Positions 9,259-18,620 of a DNA stretch of 64,000 nt are shown here, one piece after another. The position numbers and the translations under genes are program-made. Source of the DNA: Sulfuricurvum sp. Lineage in GTDB: Bacteria > Campylobacterota > Campylobacteria > Campylobacterales > Sulfurimonadaceae. The stretch's first letter is position 1, and every line of letters starts with the position of its first letter. The stretch spans positions 14,955 through 78,954 of the forward strand of contig QKCD01000053.1 in assembly GCA_003245815.1 (NCBI GenBank). The letters are read 5' to 3'. The notes below the pieces were generated by a model. It did not search any database, was not told the origin of the DNA, and was given only the letters and a program-made list of their open reading frames with translations.

Positions 9259-11196
9259 ATGACACGTCAGCGCCACTCCCGGATGCTCAGGAACCCGCAG
9301 CTGCTGATCTCGCTGTTCGGGTTTTTCATCCTCAACCTCGCCATCGCGAGCGTCGCCTACGTCTACTCCCAGAAGAGCGCCTCGCTGCTCTACGCACAGA
9401 CCTTCCGCCAGCTCCGTTCCATCACCGATTTCAAACACCACAAGCTGGAACTCTTCTTCTCCTACCGGACCGCCGACCTTCAGGCCCTAGCCGGGAGTGA
9501 AACCGTCGTCAACCTGACCGCTACGCTGCAAGCCGACGCCGGCGCATCGACCACCGTCCGCGAGAGCTCCCGCCGCTACCTCAAGCGTTTCCTGAGCGAA
9601 TACGTCTATACCAATGCCCTGCTTCTGGATACCGAGCAGGGCCATGTCCTCTACTCCACCAACCCGCAGCTTCCGGAGGGTAGCGACTTCAATGCCTCTT
9701 CCCTCGTTTCCAGCCCCCTTGCGCGTCTTTGGAGGGAGATCGTGAGCACCGGCACGACGCAGATCGGGGACATCCATACCCACCCGGGCTACGCCCCCGT
9801 GCCGAGCATGTTCCTCGGCACACCGGTCACCGTCGGCGCGCGCCAGACCGCGGTACTGATCCTGGAACTTCCCGGCAATGCCGTCAACGAGATTATGCAC
9901 TTTAGATCGGGGATGGGCCAGACCGGCGAGAGCTATGCCGTCGGCCAGGACCACCTGATGCGCAGCGACAGCTACCTGGAACCCACTCGCTTCTCCGTTG
10001 CCCGTTCCTTCGCCCGCCCCGGCAGCGCCTCGGTCGACACCGCGGCGGTCACGGAGGCCCTCGCCGGGAGGCAGGGAAGAACCCTTATCACCGACTACCG
10101 CGGCAAGCGGGTACTCTCCGCCTACCGCCCCTTCACCTACCCGAACTTCACCTGGGCCATCATCTCCGAGATCGACGAGAGCGAACTGACCGAGCAGATC
10201 GACAAGGTACAGCGCGACGTCTACGTGCTCGCCCTGATCGTCTCCCTCATCGGGTCGACATTGGCCTACTTCATCATCCGCACCATCATCCAGTTCAGCG
10301 TCGTCCGTCCCCTCCAGCAGAGCTTTCGCCGGGCCCGGGAGTTTGAACGGATCATCAACGACAGCCTCAACGAGATCTACATCTTCGACCGGGAGGACCT
10401 GCGCTTCAGCTACGCCAACCGCGGGGCGCTACTTAATACGGGCTATACCCTCGAGGAGCTCTGCCAGATGACGCCGCCGGCGATCCAGCCGGAATTCGCC
10501 AAGGACCATTTCCGGGAACTGATCGCGCCTCTGCTGGAGGGGAAACAGGAACAGATCGCCGTCGAGACGGTGCACGAACGCAAGGACGGTTCACGCTACT
10601 ATGTAGATGTCCGGTTGCAGCTGATGCTGCACGAACATGAAGAGAAGTTCGTCGTGGTGGCCAACGATATCACCGAGCGTAAACGGGCGGAGCAGGAGAA
10701 GGAGCACTTCTACCGCCTCTCCTCCCACGACCACCTGACCCAGATCTACAACCGCCAGAAATTTGAAGAGCTCTACGACAAGGAGTGCGAACGCACCCGC
10801 CGCTACGACGGTGACCTCGCCCTGATCCTCTTCGACATCGACCACTTCAAAAGCATCAACGACACCTTCGGCCACCAGGCAGGCGATGTCGTCTTGCAGG
10901 TATTGACCCGCCATATCAGCGATGCCCTGCGCGACTCCGACACCTTCGCACGTTGGGGGGGCGAAGAGTTCGTTATCCTGCTGCCCCATACCGACCTCAA
11001 AACGGCCGTGGCCAAAGCCGAACATCTGCGGCGCACCCTCGAACTGCTGAGCATCGACGGGGTCGGCACCGTCACCTGCAGCTTCGGCGTCACGGCGGTC
11101 AACCTTTTTGCCCCGGTGGCCGAAACGATCCACGAAGCGGACCGGGGGCTCTACCGCGCCAAGGCGGAGGGGCGCAACCGGGTCTGCAGCGCCTGA
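9259..11196 (+). CDS. membrane diguanylate cyclase (TM - Cache-like periplasmic domain - TM - PAS - GGDEF)
   Basis: GGEEF active site with an RxxD I-site (RDSD) 5 residues upstream. PAS segment NEIYIFDREDLRFSYANRGA… and two TM helices. Start chosen at ATG 9259 (GGAAGGTGG upstream); alternatives are 9208 and 9283. Confidence 0.88.
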   Translation: MTRQRHSRMLRNPQLLISLFGFFILNLAIASVAYVYSQKSASLLYAQTFRQLRSITDFKHHKLELFFSYRTADLQALAGSETVVNLTATLQADAGASTTVRESSRRYLKRFLSEYVYTNALLLDTEQGHVLYSTNPQLPEGSDFNASSLVSSPLARLWREIVSTGTTQIGDIHTHPGYAPVPSMFLGTPVTVGARQTAVLILELPGNAVNEIMHFRSGMGQTGESYAVGQDHLMRSDSYLEPTRFSVARSFARPGSASVDTAAVTEALAGRQGRTLITDYRGKRVLSAYRPFTYPNFTWAIISEIDESELTEQIDKVQRDVYVLALIVSLIGSTLAYFIIRTIIQFSVVRPLQQSFRRAREFERIINDSLNEIYIFDREDLRFSYANRGALLNTGYTLEELCQMTPPAIQPEFAKDHFRELIAPLLEGKQEQIAVETVHERKDGSRYYVDVRLQLMLHEHEEKFVVVANDITERKRAEQEKEHFYRLSSHDHLTQIYNRQKFEELYDKECERTRRYDGDLALILFDIDHFKSINDTFGHQAGDVVLQVLTRHISDALRDSDTFARWGGEEFVILLPHTDLKTAVAKAEHLRRTLELLSIDGVGTVTCSFGVTAVNLFAPVAETIHEADRGLYRAKAEGRNRVCSA

Positions 11197-11202
11197 TGGG
11201 GC

Positions 11203-12462
11203 TCAGAGCTCGGAAATCAGGGTGCGGACGGCTTCAAAGACCCGCGCCACGGAGGCGAGTTCCACCCGTTCGGCGGTCGAATGGGGCGCCACGATCGTCG
11301 GACCGATCGAGGCCATCTCGATATGGGGGTAGCGTTCCTTGATCACCCCGCACTCCAGTCCCGCGTGGATGGCCCCGAAGGCGGCATCGGCAAAAGCTTC
11401 GCGTTGCGACGCGAGTACCCGTTCCGCAAAACGGCTCCGTTCCGGGGCCCACGCGGCGTAGAACCCCTCGCTCGCCACGCGGCAGCCGTACCCTTCGAAA
11501 TAGGCCCGGCTTTCGGCCTCGAGCTCCCGGAGGCTCTCGGTCTCCATCGAGCGCGCGCTGAGCTGCAGCCGCACCCTTTCGTCGTCGCAGGAGACCATGG
11601 CGAGGTTGATGCTGCTGTGGACGATCCCCATTCCCGGATCAAAACGGCGCACCCCCTGGGCAAGCGCCCCAATCATCCGGACAATCTCAGCGCTCTCCGC
11701 GATCACCCGGTAGCTCCCGCGGCCGAGGGGCTCGGCTGCTGCCAGCTCCGGGAGTTCCCGATCCGCGACGACGAGGGCATGAGCCCGTTTCGGGATGGCG
11801 TTGCGCCGTTCCCCGCCCCCGATTTCGCCCAGCAGGAGGTCGTGCCCCTCCAGCAGCGCGGCGAGCTCCTTGATGGCGTTGGGAATCCCTTTGTCGATAT
11901 CGACGCCCGAGTGGCCGCCGGGCAGCGGCCCGACTTCGACCCGGTAGCCATATCCCTCCCGTTCTTCCCGGGTGACGGGGTACTCCACCAGAAGGTCCAC
12001 GCCCCCGGCGCAGCCGATGGTCACCACTCCCTCCTCCTCGCTGTCGAGGTTGAGCAGCGGCAGCGGCTTCAGGGGAAGGTCCAGTGCCCGTGCCCCCAGC
12101 AGCCCCACCTCTTCGTCGGCGGTGAAGAGGCACTCCACCGGCGCCCCCTCTTCCATCAGCACCAGCATCATCGCGAGGGCGATGCCGTTGTCCGCGCCGA
12201 GGGTAGAGTCCGCGGCCCGCAGCCACCCATCCTCTTCCATAAGTTCCAGTTCCGGCGCCCGGCCGATGCAGACCATGTCGTAGTGGCCCTGCAACGTCAC
12301 CTTGGCCCCCTCCCGGGAGCAGAGCAGGTTGCCCGCCCCGTCACGGTGGACATTGTAGCCCTGCTCCGCCGCCGCGGCGGCGAGGTAGTCGCGCATCGCC
12401 GCCGCGTTATGGGAACAGTGCGGGATGCGGGTCAGCTCCTTGAACCGTTCGATCACTTTCAT
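11203..12462 (-). CDS. M20-family peptidase, aminoacyl-histidine dipeptidase (PepD)-like
   Basis: 419 aa. N-terminus FKELTRIPHCSHNAAAMRDYL…DGAGNLL and metal-binding region HYDMV…TADEEVGL are typical of PepD-type M20C enzymes. Confidence 0.85.
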   Translation of the reverse strand: MKVIERFKELTRIPHCSHNAAAMRDYLAAAAAEQGYNVHRDGAGNLLCSREGAKVTLQGHYDMVCIGRAPELELMEEDGWLRAADSTLGADNGIALAMMLVLMEEGAPVECLFTADEEVGLLGARALDLPLKPLPLLNLDSEEEGVVTIGCAGGVDLLVEYPVTREEREGYGYRVEVGPLPGGHSGVDIDKGIPNAIKELAALLEGHDLLLGEIGGGERRNAIPKRAHALVVADRELPELAAAEPLGRGSYRVIAESAEIVRMIGALAQGVRRFDPGMGIVHSSINLAMVSCDDERVRLQLSARSMETESLRELEAESRAYFEGYGCRVASEGFYAAWAPERSRFAERVLASQREAFADAAFGAIHAGLECGVIKERYPHIEMASIGPTIVAPHSTAERVELASVARVFEAVRTLISEL

Positions 12463-12497
12463 CGCTCTCTCCTGCTGTCAAAAATTATCCGGCTTAC

Positions 12498-12505
12498 GCT
12501 ACAAT
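12498..12505 (+). promoter_or_regulatory. -10 box GCTACAAT only 7 nt upstream of an ATG (leaderless candidate)
   Basis: GCTACAAT at 12498-12505, ATG at 12513, and no Shine-Dalgarno in between. Confidence 0.4.
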
Positions 12506-12512
12506 AAGCGCC

Positions 12513-12749
12513 ATGATACGCTTTTGCCTCGCACTCGGCGCTGCGGCGCTGCTCCTTACCGGCTGCGCCAACAAACGGGGGATCTCCGCCACCTACTACA
12601 ACGATTGCCGCGAATACTACGACCTCTACGGCTATTACCACAAGCAGTGCGACGAAAACATGATCGACTACCGGGAAGCCGGCGAAGCGGTCAAGAAGGC
12701 CTTCCGCGAAGAGCCGGCACCGCCCCCGGAGAGCCGCAAGGTCTGGTAG
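12513..12749 (+). CDS. small Cys/Tyr-rich lipoprotein
   Basis: 78 aa. Lipobox LLLTGC after a hydrophobic signal (MIRFCLALGAAALLLTGC). Confidence 0.6.
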   Translation: MIRFCLALGAAALLLTGCANKRGISATYYNDCREYYDLYGYYHKQCDENMIDYREAGEAVKKAFREEPAPPPESRKVW

Positions 12750-12752
12750 AGG

Positions 12753-13469
12753 CTACTTGACCGCGATGAAAGTCGCGAAATTAGCCCACCGGAAGAGGGT
12801 CTCGCAGTGGCGGAACCCGCTGCGCAGGCACATCGTCATGTTCTCCTCCGCCGTATAGGGCACCAGCACGTTTTCCAACGCCTCGCGCTTCTGCGCGATC
12901 TCATAGGCGCTGTACCCCTGCTCCTTCTTGAAGTCGTAATAGCAGTCGATCAGCTCCTTGTTGAGCCGCTTCTCCGTGCTGATCACCTTTTCACTGAAGA
13001 TGAACGCCCCGCCCGGTTTCAGCGCCGTACAGATCTTCTCCACCAGCTTCTCCCGCTCCAGGGGGCGAATGAACTGCAGGGTGTAATTGCTGATCATCAC
13101 GTCCGAACGTTCATATTCAAAGGCGAGGATATCCCCCTTCACCGCCTTGACCTTTGAGCCGAAGGCATCGATCTTGCGGTGGGCCTGTTCCAGCATCGCA
13201 TCGGCGTTGTCGATGCCGATCAGCTCCGCGGGCACATCCAAGCGGCGCTCGATCTCCAGCAGCTGCGAGGCCGTGGAACACCCCAGGTCGTAAACCCGCC
13301 CCTCTGCTTCGGTGTAGAGGGCCGCGAAACGCGACGTCAGCTGCAGCGCCTCTTTGTAGAAGGGGACCGAGCGCTGCAGCATGTCGTCAAAGACCGCCGC
13401 GACGTCGGCATCGAACTCGAACTGCTTCGTAATGGGTTTGCTAAAGACTTCATCTTTCATGGACGTCAT
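12753..13469 (-). CDS. cmoA: carboxy-S-adenosyl-L-methionine synthase
   Basis: 238 aa. Characteristic FEFDADVAAVFDDMLQRSVPFY N-terminus and SAM motif VYDLGCSTA. Confidence 0.9.
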   Translation of the reverse strand: MTSMKDEVFSKPITKQFEFDADVAAVFDDMLQRSVPFYKEALQLTSRFAALYTEAEGRVYDLGCSTASQLLEIERRLDVPAELIGIDNADAMLEQAHRKIDAFGSKVKAVKGDILAFEYERSDVMISNYTLQFIRPLEREKLVEKICTALKPGGAFIFSEKVISTEKRLNKELIDCYYDFKKEQGYSAYEIAQKREALENVLVPYTAEENMTMCLRSGFRHCETLFRWANFATFIAVK

Positions 13470-13534
13470 TGTATCGCAAGATGGGTGCTTTGGGCTAGCG
13501 CTCTTCGGGCCGTTAACCTTGGCAACAACCGCTG

Positions 13535-13543
13535 TGTTATACT
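13535..13543 (+). promoter_or_regulatory. extended -10 box TGtTATACT for the NIT-type kinase operon
   Basis: TGTTATACT lies 50 nt upstream of ATG 13594. GAGGGA Shine-Dalgarno at 13582-13587. Confidence 0.4.
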
Positions 13544-13593
13544 TTGTCCGCTATGAGAGTTGCGCCACCGGGCGTGAGTGTGAGGGAAACAGC

Positions 13594-16500
13594 ATGAGAA
13601 CGACCATTCAGCAGAAACTCTTTATCCTCTCCGCCGTGCCGCTGCTGCTGTTGCTGATCGGTGTCGTCTACTACAGTACGAACGAATACCGCAACTACCG
13701 GGAAGTGGAGGGGCTTGAGCACTTCGTCGCACTGAGCGAGGCGGCCGGCGCGCTGATGCACGAGATCCAGCTCGAACGGGGGATGTCCGTCGCGTTCCTC
13801 TCCCTTTACCGCAGCCCCGACCGCAAAAACTTCGAACCCGGACTTCGGCGGCAGCGCACCCTCGTCACCGCCCAGATCGACCATTTCAACCGCACCCTTG
13901 ACTCACTGATCGCCTCCGCGTCTGACGCCGGAGCCCTTCAGGCCATGTTCCCCCCGTTGCGGCAGCGCTTCGGCATGATCGCCGCCCTGCGTGACCGGAT
14001 CGACGGCGGCACGACGACCACGCAATACGTCTTCGACTTTTTCAGTGCCCTCAACCAGAACATCAGCGACATGCTCCGCAGCTATCCGATCCACACCCCC
14101 GACAAACTGGTGACTGCCAATACCGCCGCCCTGGAGTCGCTGATTCTGCTACTCGAGCGTGCCGGCCAGGAGCGGGCACTGCTGGCGGAGATTTTCGGCG
14201 AACACCGCCTCTCCGCCAAGAAACTCCGGGAGCTCCAAAACAATATCGCCGCCCAGGCCCAGTACCGCCAGAGCCTGCGGCACTACATCCAAGACCCCGA
14301 GCTCCTCGGACGGCTTGACGCCTTCAAAACGTCCGAAGAGGAGGCGGAAGTGGGACGCTACCGCGAAATCGCGATGTCGCACTACGTCAAGCAGGAGATC
14401 CGCGGCCGTATGAAGAACCTCGCCGGTTACGGCGGCATGATCCACCTCTTCAAAAACTACGTCCTGCGCCAGGATGCCCGCTATTACGACGATTTTCTTA
14501 AGCGCTACGCCGCCTTCGAAGAGGAGCTCAAACGCTACCAGCTCCTTGCGGCCCACAACCCCGAAGAGTATGTGCTGCTGCAGGGGCTCGGTAAAACCTT
14601 CGCGGCCTACCGCGCCAATATCGACCTCGTCAAGCGGATGATTGCCCAGGGGCGTTCCCCCCGGGAGATCGACCATGCCCTCCGGGTGGACGACACCCCG
14701 GCGCTGCAGGCCATCGCCCGGCTGCAGGACACCATCGTCGGGGTCGACGCCAAAGTCTGGTTCGACGCTTCCACCCGGCGCATCGAGCAGCTTCGAAGCC
14801 TCGAAGCAGTGCTTGTCGGGCAGCTGCAAACCCGTATCAGTGAAATCAAAAGCCGCGACATGGGCATTCTCGTCGCCAAGGGGTGCTTCGCGCTCCTCTT
14901 TATCCTCACCCTCCTCGCTCTCGCCCGCTACGGGGCCGACAAGATCGTCGGCAGTATCCGCGGCGTCCAGAACGGCCTGAGCCACTTCTTCGACTACCTC
15001 GGCCACGAGACCGACAAGCCCCGCTATCTCGACATCCGCAGCGGCGACGAGATGGAGGCGATGGCCGAGGAGATCAACCGCCAGATCGAACGGACCGAAC
15101 TGCATATGCAGCAAGACCGCCGTTTCATCGCGGAGGCGACCCGTATCGTTACGGCAATGCGCGACGGCGATTTCGAGCACCGTCTCGACGTCCAGGCCCA
15201 CAACCCCTCCCTGATCGCCCTCGGAGAGGTCTTCGCCGACCTGCTCACCCTGATCCGCCAGAAAATCCGGGAACAGACCGCCGAGCTTGAGCATCTCAAC
15301 GCCTCCCTTTCCGACAAGGTCCTCGAACAGACCCGGGCCCTCCAGGAGCAACTGCAGGCTCTCGGGCAGTTCCAGTACGCCATCGACGAGAGCATGGCGG
15401 TCACACGGACGGCCGCAAACGGGACCCTGCTCACCTTCAACCCACGCTACCGTGAACTCTCGGGACTGAATCCCGAAACCCTGAGGGGGCGTGATGTCGC
15501 CGCCCTCCTGCACCCCTTGGAACGCTCCCGTTTCTACCGGGAGATCACCGACCGGATCGTTGCCAAGGAGGTCTACCGGGGTGTCCTTCCGCTGCGGTGC
15601 GACAACGGCGGGATCTTCCATGCCGACAGCATGATTATCCCCCTTCTCGACACCCGGGGGAACGTCACCGAGTACCTGGGGCTCCACCACGATATCACCC
15701 CCATCATCGAAGCGCGGGACCAGGCCATCACGGCGGAGCGTTCCAAGGACGAGTTCCTCTCCAATATGTCCCATGAGATCCGGACCCCCCTCAACGCCAT
15801 CCTCGGGTTCGTCAATATCCTCCACCGCCACGTCGACGATGCCAAGGCCCGGGAGTACCTCGCCGTCATCGACAGCAGCGGTCAGTCGCTGCTGAGCATC
15901 ATCAACGACATCCTCGACTTTTCCAAGATCCAAAGCGGCAAGTTCACCATCCGGCCCGAACCTTTCGACCCCCTCCAGGAGCTCAGCGTCACCGCCAAGC
16001 TCTTCGCCTCCAAGGCCTACGAAAAATCCCAGCACTACATGATCTACATCGACCCTTCCCTGCCCGAGTGCCTGCTGGTCGACGGCGTCCGGCTCAAGCA
16101 GATCCTCGCGAACCTGATCAGCAACGCCCTCAAGTTCACCCCCGAACACGGCAGCGTCAAAGTCAAGGCCGGCTACGAAGCAAAATGCCTGACCCTAATG
16201 GTCCAGGACAGCGGCATCGGCATCCCCCTCTCCCAGCAGGAGCGCATCTTCTCCCCCTTCGAGCAAGCCGACGGCTCCACCACCCGCCAGTACGGCGGTA
16301 CCGGTCTGGGACTTTCCATATCGTCGCGGCTGGCGACGCTGATGGGCGGCACGCTGGAGCTCAAAAGCCGCGAAGGAAGCGGCAGCCGCTTCACCCTCAC
16401 CCTCCCCGTCGAGGTGTGTGATACCCTGAGGCGTCCCCCCCACGACTACGACCAGATTCGCGCCCTGAGCATCGGCTTCATCGACGCTGCCCCCGAGCAC

Positions 16501-17220
16501 CGACCGCTGCTGCAGCTGATCGGGCGCTACTTCCGGGATTTCGGCGTGACCCGGATCATCGACCCCTGTCCCGTCGAGACGAACGATGCGGACCTCATCG
16601 TCTTCGTCCCCGAAAGCGGGACTCTCAGCCGTGTCATCAACACCCACAAACCGGCCATCGCCCTGCTCAGCACCCCCGAAACGGAGATCGACCGGGATTT
16701 TCGCCACATTCACCAGCTCCACGCCCCCTTTGCCCCGTCGGACGTCATGGAGGCCCTCGACAACGCGACCATCGCACGCCTGAGGACCGATGAAGCGCCC
16801 CTGCCGGAACAGGCGCTGCCCCGTTTCTCCGGTCATCTTCTCGTCGCCGAGGATAACGCAACCAACCGGATGCTGATCGGCCTGATGCTCGAGGAGTTCG
16901 GGCTCACCTACCGCCTCGCGTGCGACGGCCTCGAGGCGGTCAAGGCCTGTGAAGAGGAGCGCTTCGACCTGGTCCTGATGGATGAGAACATGCCCCGGCT
17001 CAACGGTTTGGCGGCGATGAAGGCGATTCGCGCCGGCGAACACTCCCGTGGCCTCCCCCAGACCCCCGTCATCGCCGTGACCGCCAACGTCATGCGAGGT
17101 GACCGTGAGCGCTTCCTCGCCGAGGGGATGGACGGCTTTGTCGGCAAGCCGATCAACCTCGACGAGCTCGCTTCCTACTTCCGGACGTACCTGAGAATGG
17201 AGGCACCGCATGGCGAATGA
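13594..17220 (+). CDS. membrane hybrid histidine kinase with NIT-like (nitrate/nitrite-type) sensor, HAMP, PAS, HisKA/HATPase and receiver
   Basis: Start trimmed to MRTTIQQKLFILSAVPLLLLLIG (TM1). Helical periplasmic region has NIT-like signatures (HEIQLERGMSVAFLS…, ERAGQERALLAEIFG…). TM2 and HAMP follow. H-box SNMSHEIRTPLNAILGF, VQDSGIGI, GTGLGLSIS, and receiver LLVAEDNATNR…LVLMDENMPRLNG…GKPI. Confidence 0.9.
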   Translation: MRTTIQQKLFILSAVPLLLLLIGVVYYSTNEYRNYREVEGLEHFVALSEAAGALMHEIQLERGMSVAFLSLYRSPDRKNFEPGLRRQRTLVTAQIDHFNRTLDSLIASASDAGALQAMFPPLRQRFGMIAALRDRIDGGTTTTQYVFDFFSALNQNISDMLRSYPIHTPDKLVTANTAALESLILLLERAGQERALLAEIFGEHRLSAKKLRELQNNIAAQAQYRQSLRHYIQDPELLGRLDAFKTSEEEAEVGRYREIAMSHYVKQEIRGRMKNLAGYGGMIHLFKNYVLRQDARYYDDFLKRYAAFEEELKRYQLLAAHNPEEYVLLQGLGKTFAAYRANIDLVKRMIAQGRSPREIDHALRVDDTPALQAIARLQDTIVGVDAKVWFDASTRRIEQLRSLEAVLVGQLQTRISEIKSRDMGILVAKGCFALLFILTLLALARYGADKIVGSIRGVQNGLSHFFDYLGHETDKPRYLDIRSGDEMEAMAEEINRQIERTELHMQQDRRFIAEATRIVTAMRDGDFEHRLDVQAHNPSLIALGEVFADLLTLIRQKIREQTAELEHLNASLSDKVLEQTRALQEQLQALGQFQYAIDESMAVTRTAANGTLLTFNPRYRELSGLNPETLRGRDVAALLHPLERSRFYREITDRIVAKEVYRGVLPLRCDNGGIFHADSMIIPLLDTRGNVTEYLGLHHDITPIIEARDQAITAERSKDEFLSNMSHEIRTPLNAILGFVNILHRHVDDAKAREYLAVIDSSGQSLLSIINDILDFSKIQSGKFTIRPEPFDPLQELSVTAKLFASKAYEKSQHYMIYIDPSLPECLLVDGVRLKQILANLISNALKFTPEHGSVKVKAGYEAKCLTLMVQDSGIGIPLSQQERIFSPFEQADGSTTRQYGGTGLGLSISSRLATLMGGTLELKSREGSGSRFTLTLPVEVCDTLRRPPHDYDQIRALSIGFIDAAPEHRPLLQLIGRYFRDFGVTRIIDPCPVETNDADLIVFVPESGTLSRVINTHKPAIALLSTPETEIDRDFRHIHQLHAPFAPSDVMEALDNATIARLRTDEAPLPEQALPRFSGHLLVAEDNATNRMLIGLMLEEFGLTYRLACDGLEAVKACEEERFDLVLMDENMPRLNGLAAMKAIRAGEHSRGLPQTPVIAVTANVMRGDRERFLAEGMDGFVGKPINLDELASYFRTYLRMEAPHGE

Positions 17221-17803
17221 CAGGACGCTGACGTATTACGCGCAAAACGCCGAAGCCTTCTTCGCGGCGACCGTCGACAAACCGATGGAAGAGGCCTACC
17301 GCCGCTTCCTGCCCCTGGTACGCAGCGGCGGAGCAATTCTCGACGCGGGATGCGGCAGCGGCCGGGACAGCCGTCGTTTTCTCGAAGCGGGATTTGAGGT
17401 TACCGCCTTCGACGCTTCGGCGGAGATGGCCCGTCTCGCGGAGGCGTACCTCGGCCGGAAGGTCCACACCATGCACTTTATGGAGGTGCCGTGGCAGGCG
17501 GCTTTTGACGGCCTCTGGGCATCGGCCTCGCTGCTGCACCTCCCCTTCGAGGAGCTCCCCCCGGCCCTGGAACGCCTCGCCGCCGCCCTTCGGCCCGGCG
17601 CCCCCTTTTATGCTTCCTTCAAATACGGCAACGGAAGCTGGGAGAAGGAGGGGCGCTTTTTTACGGCCCTCAACGAAGCACGTGCGCGCGCACTCCTCCA
17701 GGAGGTCGACGCCCTCACCCTCGAATCAGAGTGGAACTCGCCGGACAACCGCCCCGATAGAGGCGGCGAACTCTGGTACAATATGCTCCTCAGGAGGCGC
17801 TGA
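17210..17803 (+). CDS. class I SAM-dependent methyltransferase
   Basis: 197 aa. Motif I ILDAGCGSGRDS. Overlaps the kinase stop by 11 nt. GGAGG upstream. Confidence 0.8.
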   Translation: MANDRTLTYYAQNAEAFFAATVDKPMEEAYRRFLPLVRSGGAILDAGCGSGRDSRRFLEAGFEVTAFDASAEMARLAEAYLGRKVHTMHFMEVPWQAAFDGLWASASLLHLPFEELPPALERLAAALRPGAPFYASFKYGNGSWEKEGRFFTALNEARARALLQEVDALTLESEWNSPDNRPDRGGELWYNMLLRRR

Positions 17804-18183
17804 TGTCATGGATCGAATGGGTGATGATGGGGATGTTCGTGGTGGCCGTGGCGATATCGGTCTGGAAGGTCTACGTCTTTCTTCCCGCCAAGCCGCTCGC
17901 AGACGACGATACGACAGAGGAGGCACAGCAGAAGCTGATGGAGCTGATGCTACGCTGCATCGTCGAACGCTACGAGCACCACGAGGAGCTGACGACCGCG
18001 CTGCTGTTCAACTACATGGTCAACGACCCGCAGTTCGACCGGGAACACTTCTGGCGCTTCAACCCCAACAAGCTCAACAACCTTATCGTCCGCTACTTCG
18101 CCAAGCATCCCCACGCTTCGACGCTCGAACACATCTACCACGCCGAAAAGGCTCGTCTCAGCCCTCGCTCTCCCGGTCAATGA
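17803..18183 (+). CDS. hypothetical protein with N-terminal TM anchor
   Basis: 126 aa. MSWIEWVMMGMFVVAVAISVWKVYVF (TM). TGATG overlap with the methyltransferase stop. GC3-rich. Confidence 0.55.
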   Translation: MSWIEWVMMGMFVVAVAISVWKVYVFLPAKPLADDDTTEEAQQKLMELMLRCIVERYEHHEELTTALLFNYMVNDPQFDREHFWRFNPNKLNNLIVRYFAKHPHASTLEHIYHAEKARLSPRSPGQ

Positions 18184-18490
18184 AACCGAGGATCGAGACG
18201 CGGTCAAGGTCCTCCTGCAGCTCGATACCGTGTTCGTTGGCCCAGACGATGATGTCGCTGTCAAGCATCATGAAATCATCCTCGTCGAGCATGTCGCTGC
18301 GGATCTGAATCAGGTCGAAGTCGTTCTGCAGGGAAAGGTAGAAGCCGCTGTGGCGCAGATGGGGTTCGAGGTCCAGCAGGGCGCGGACGATGTCGTCGAA
18401 CCGGGAGTAGTTTTTCCGGACCTGTTCGACCCGCCGCAGCGACTGGTCGTTTTGCGCATAACCGCAGAGACGGAGCAGTTCGTTTTGCAT
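18158..18490 (-). CDS. hypothetical acidic protein downstream of pyk
   Basis: Start moved to ATG 18490 (MQNELL…) with GGGAGG 7 nt upstream; the track start at 18496 is TTG. Convergent 26-nt overlap with 17803..18183. Confidence 0.55.
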   Translation of the reverse strand: MQNELLRLCGYAQNDQSLRRVEQVRKNYSRFDDIVRALLDLEPHLRHSGFYLSLQNDFDLIQIRSDMLDEDDFMMLDSDIIVWANEHGIELQEDLDRVSILGFIDRESEG

Positions 18491-18620
18491 GGGCAACCTC
18501 CCTCGTGCTGCACGCTGGAGGCTACCGTGAATGTTTCGTCACCTCCGGGGTGCGCTGATGTAACAATCATACCATAAGGGGAGCGAAAACTCTCCTGAAG
18601 TCTCTGCGCAGTGCAGCATC

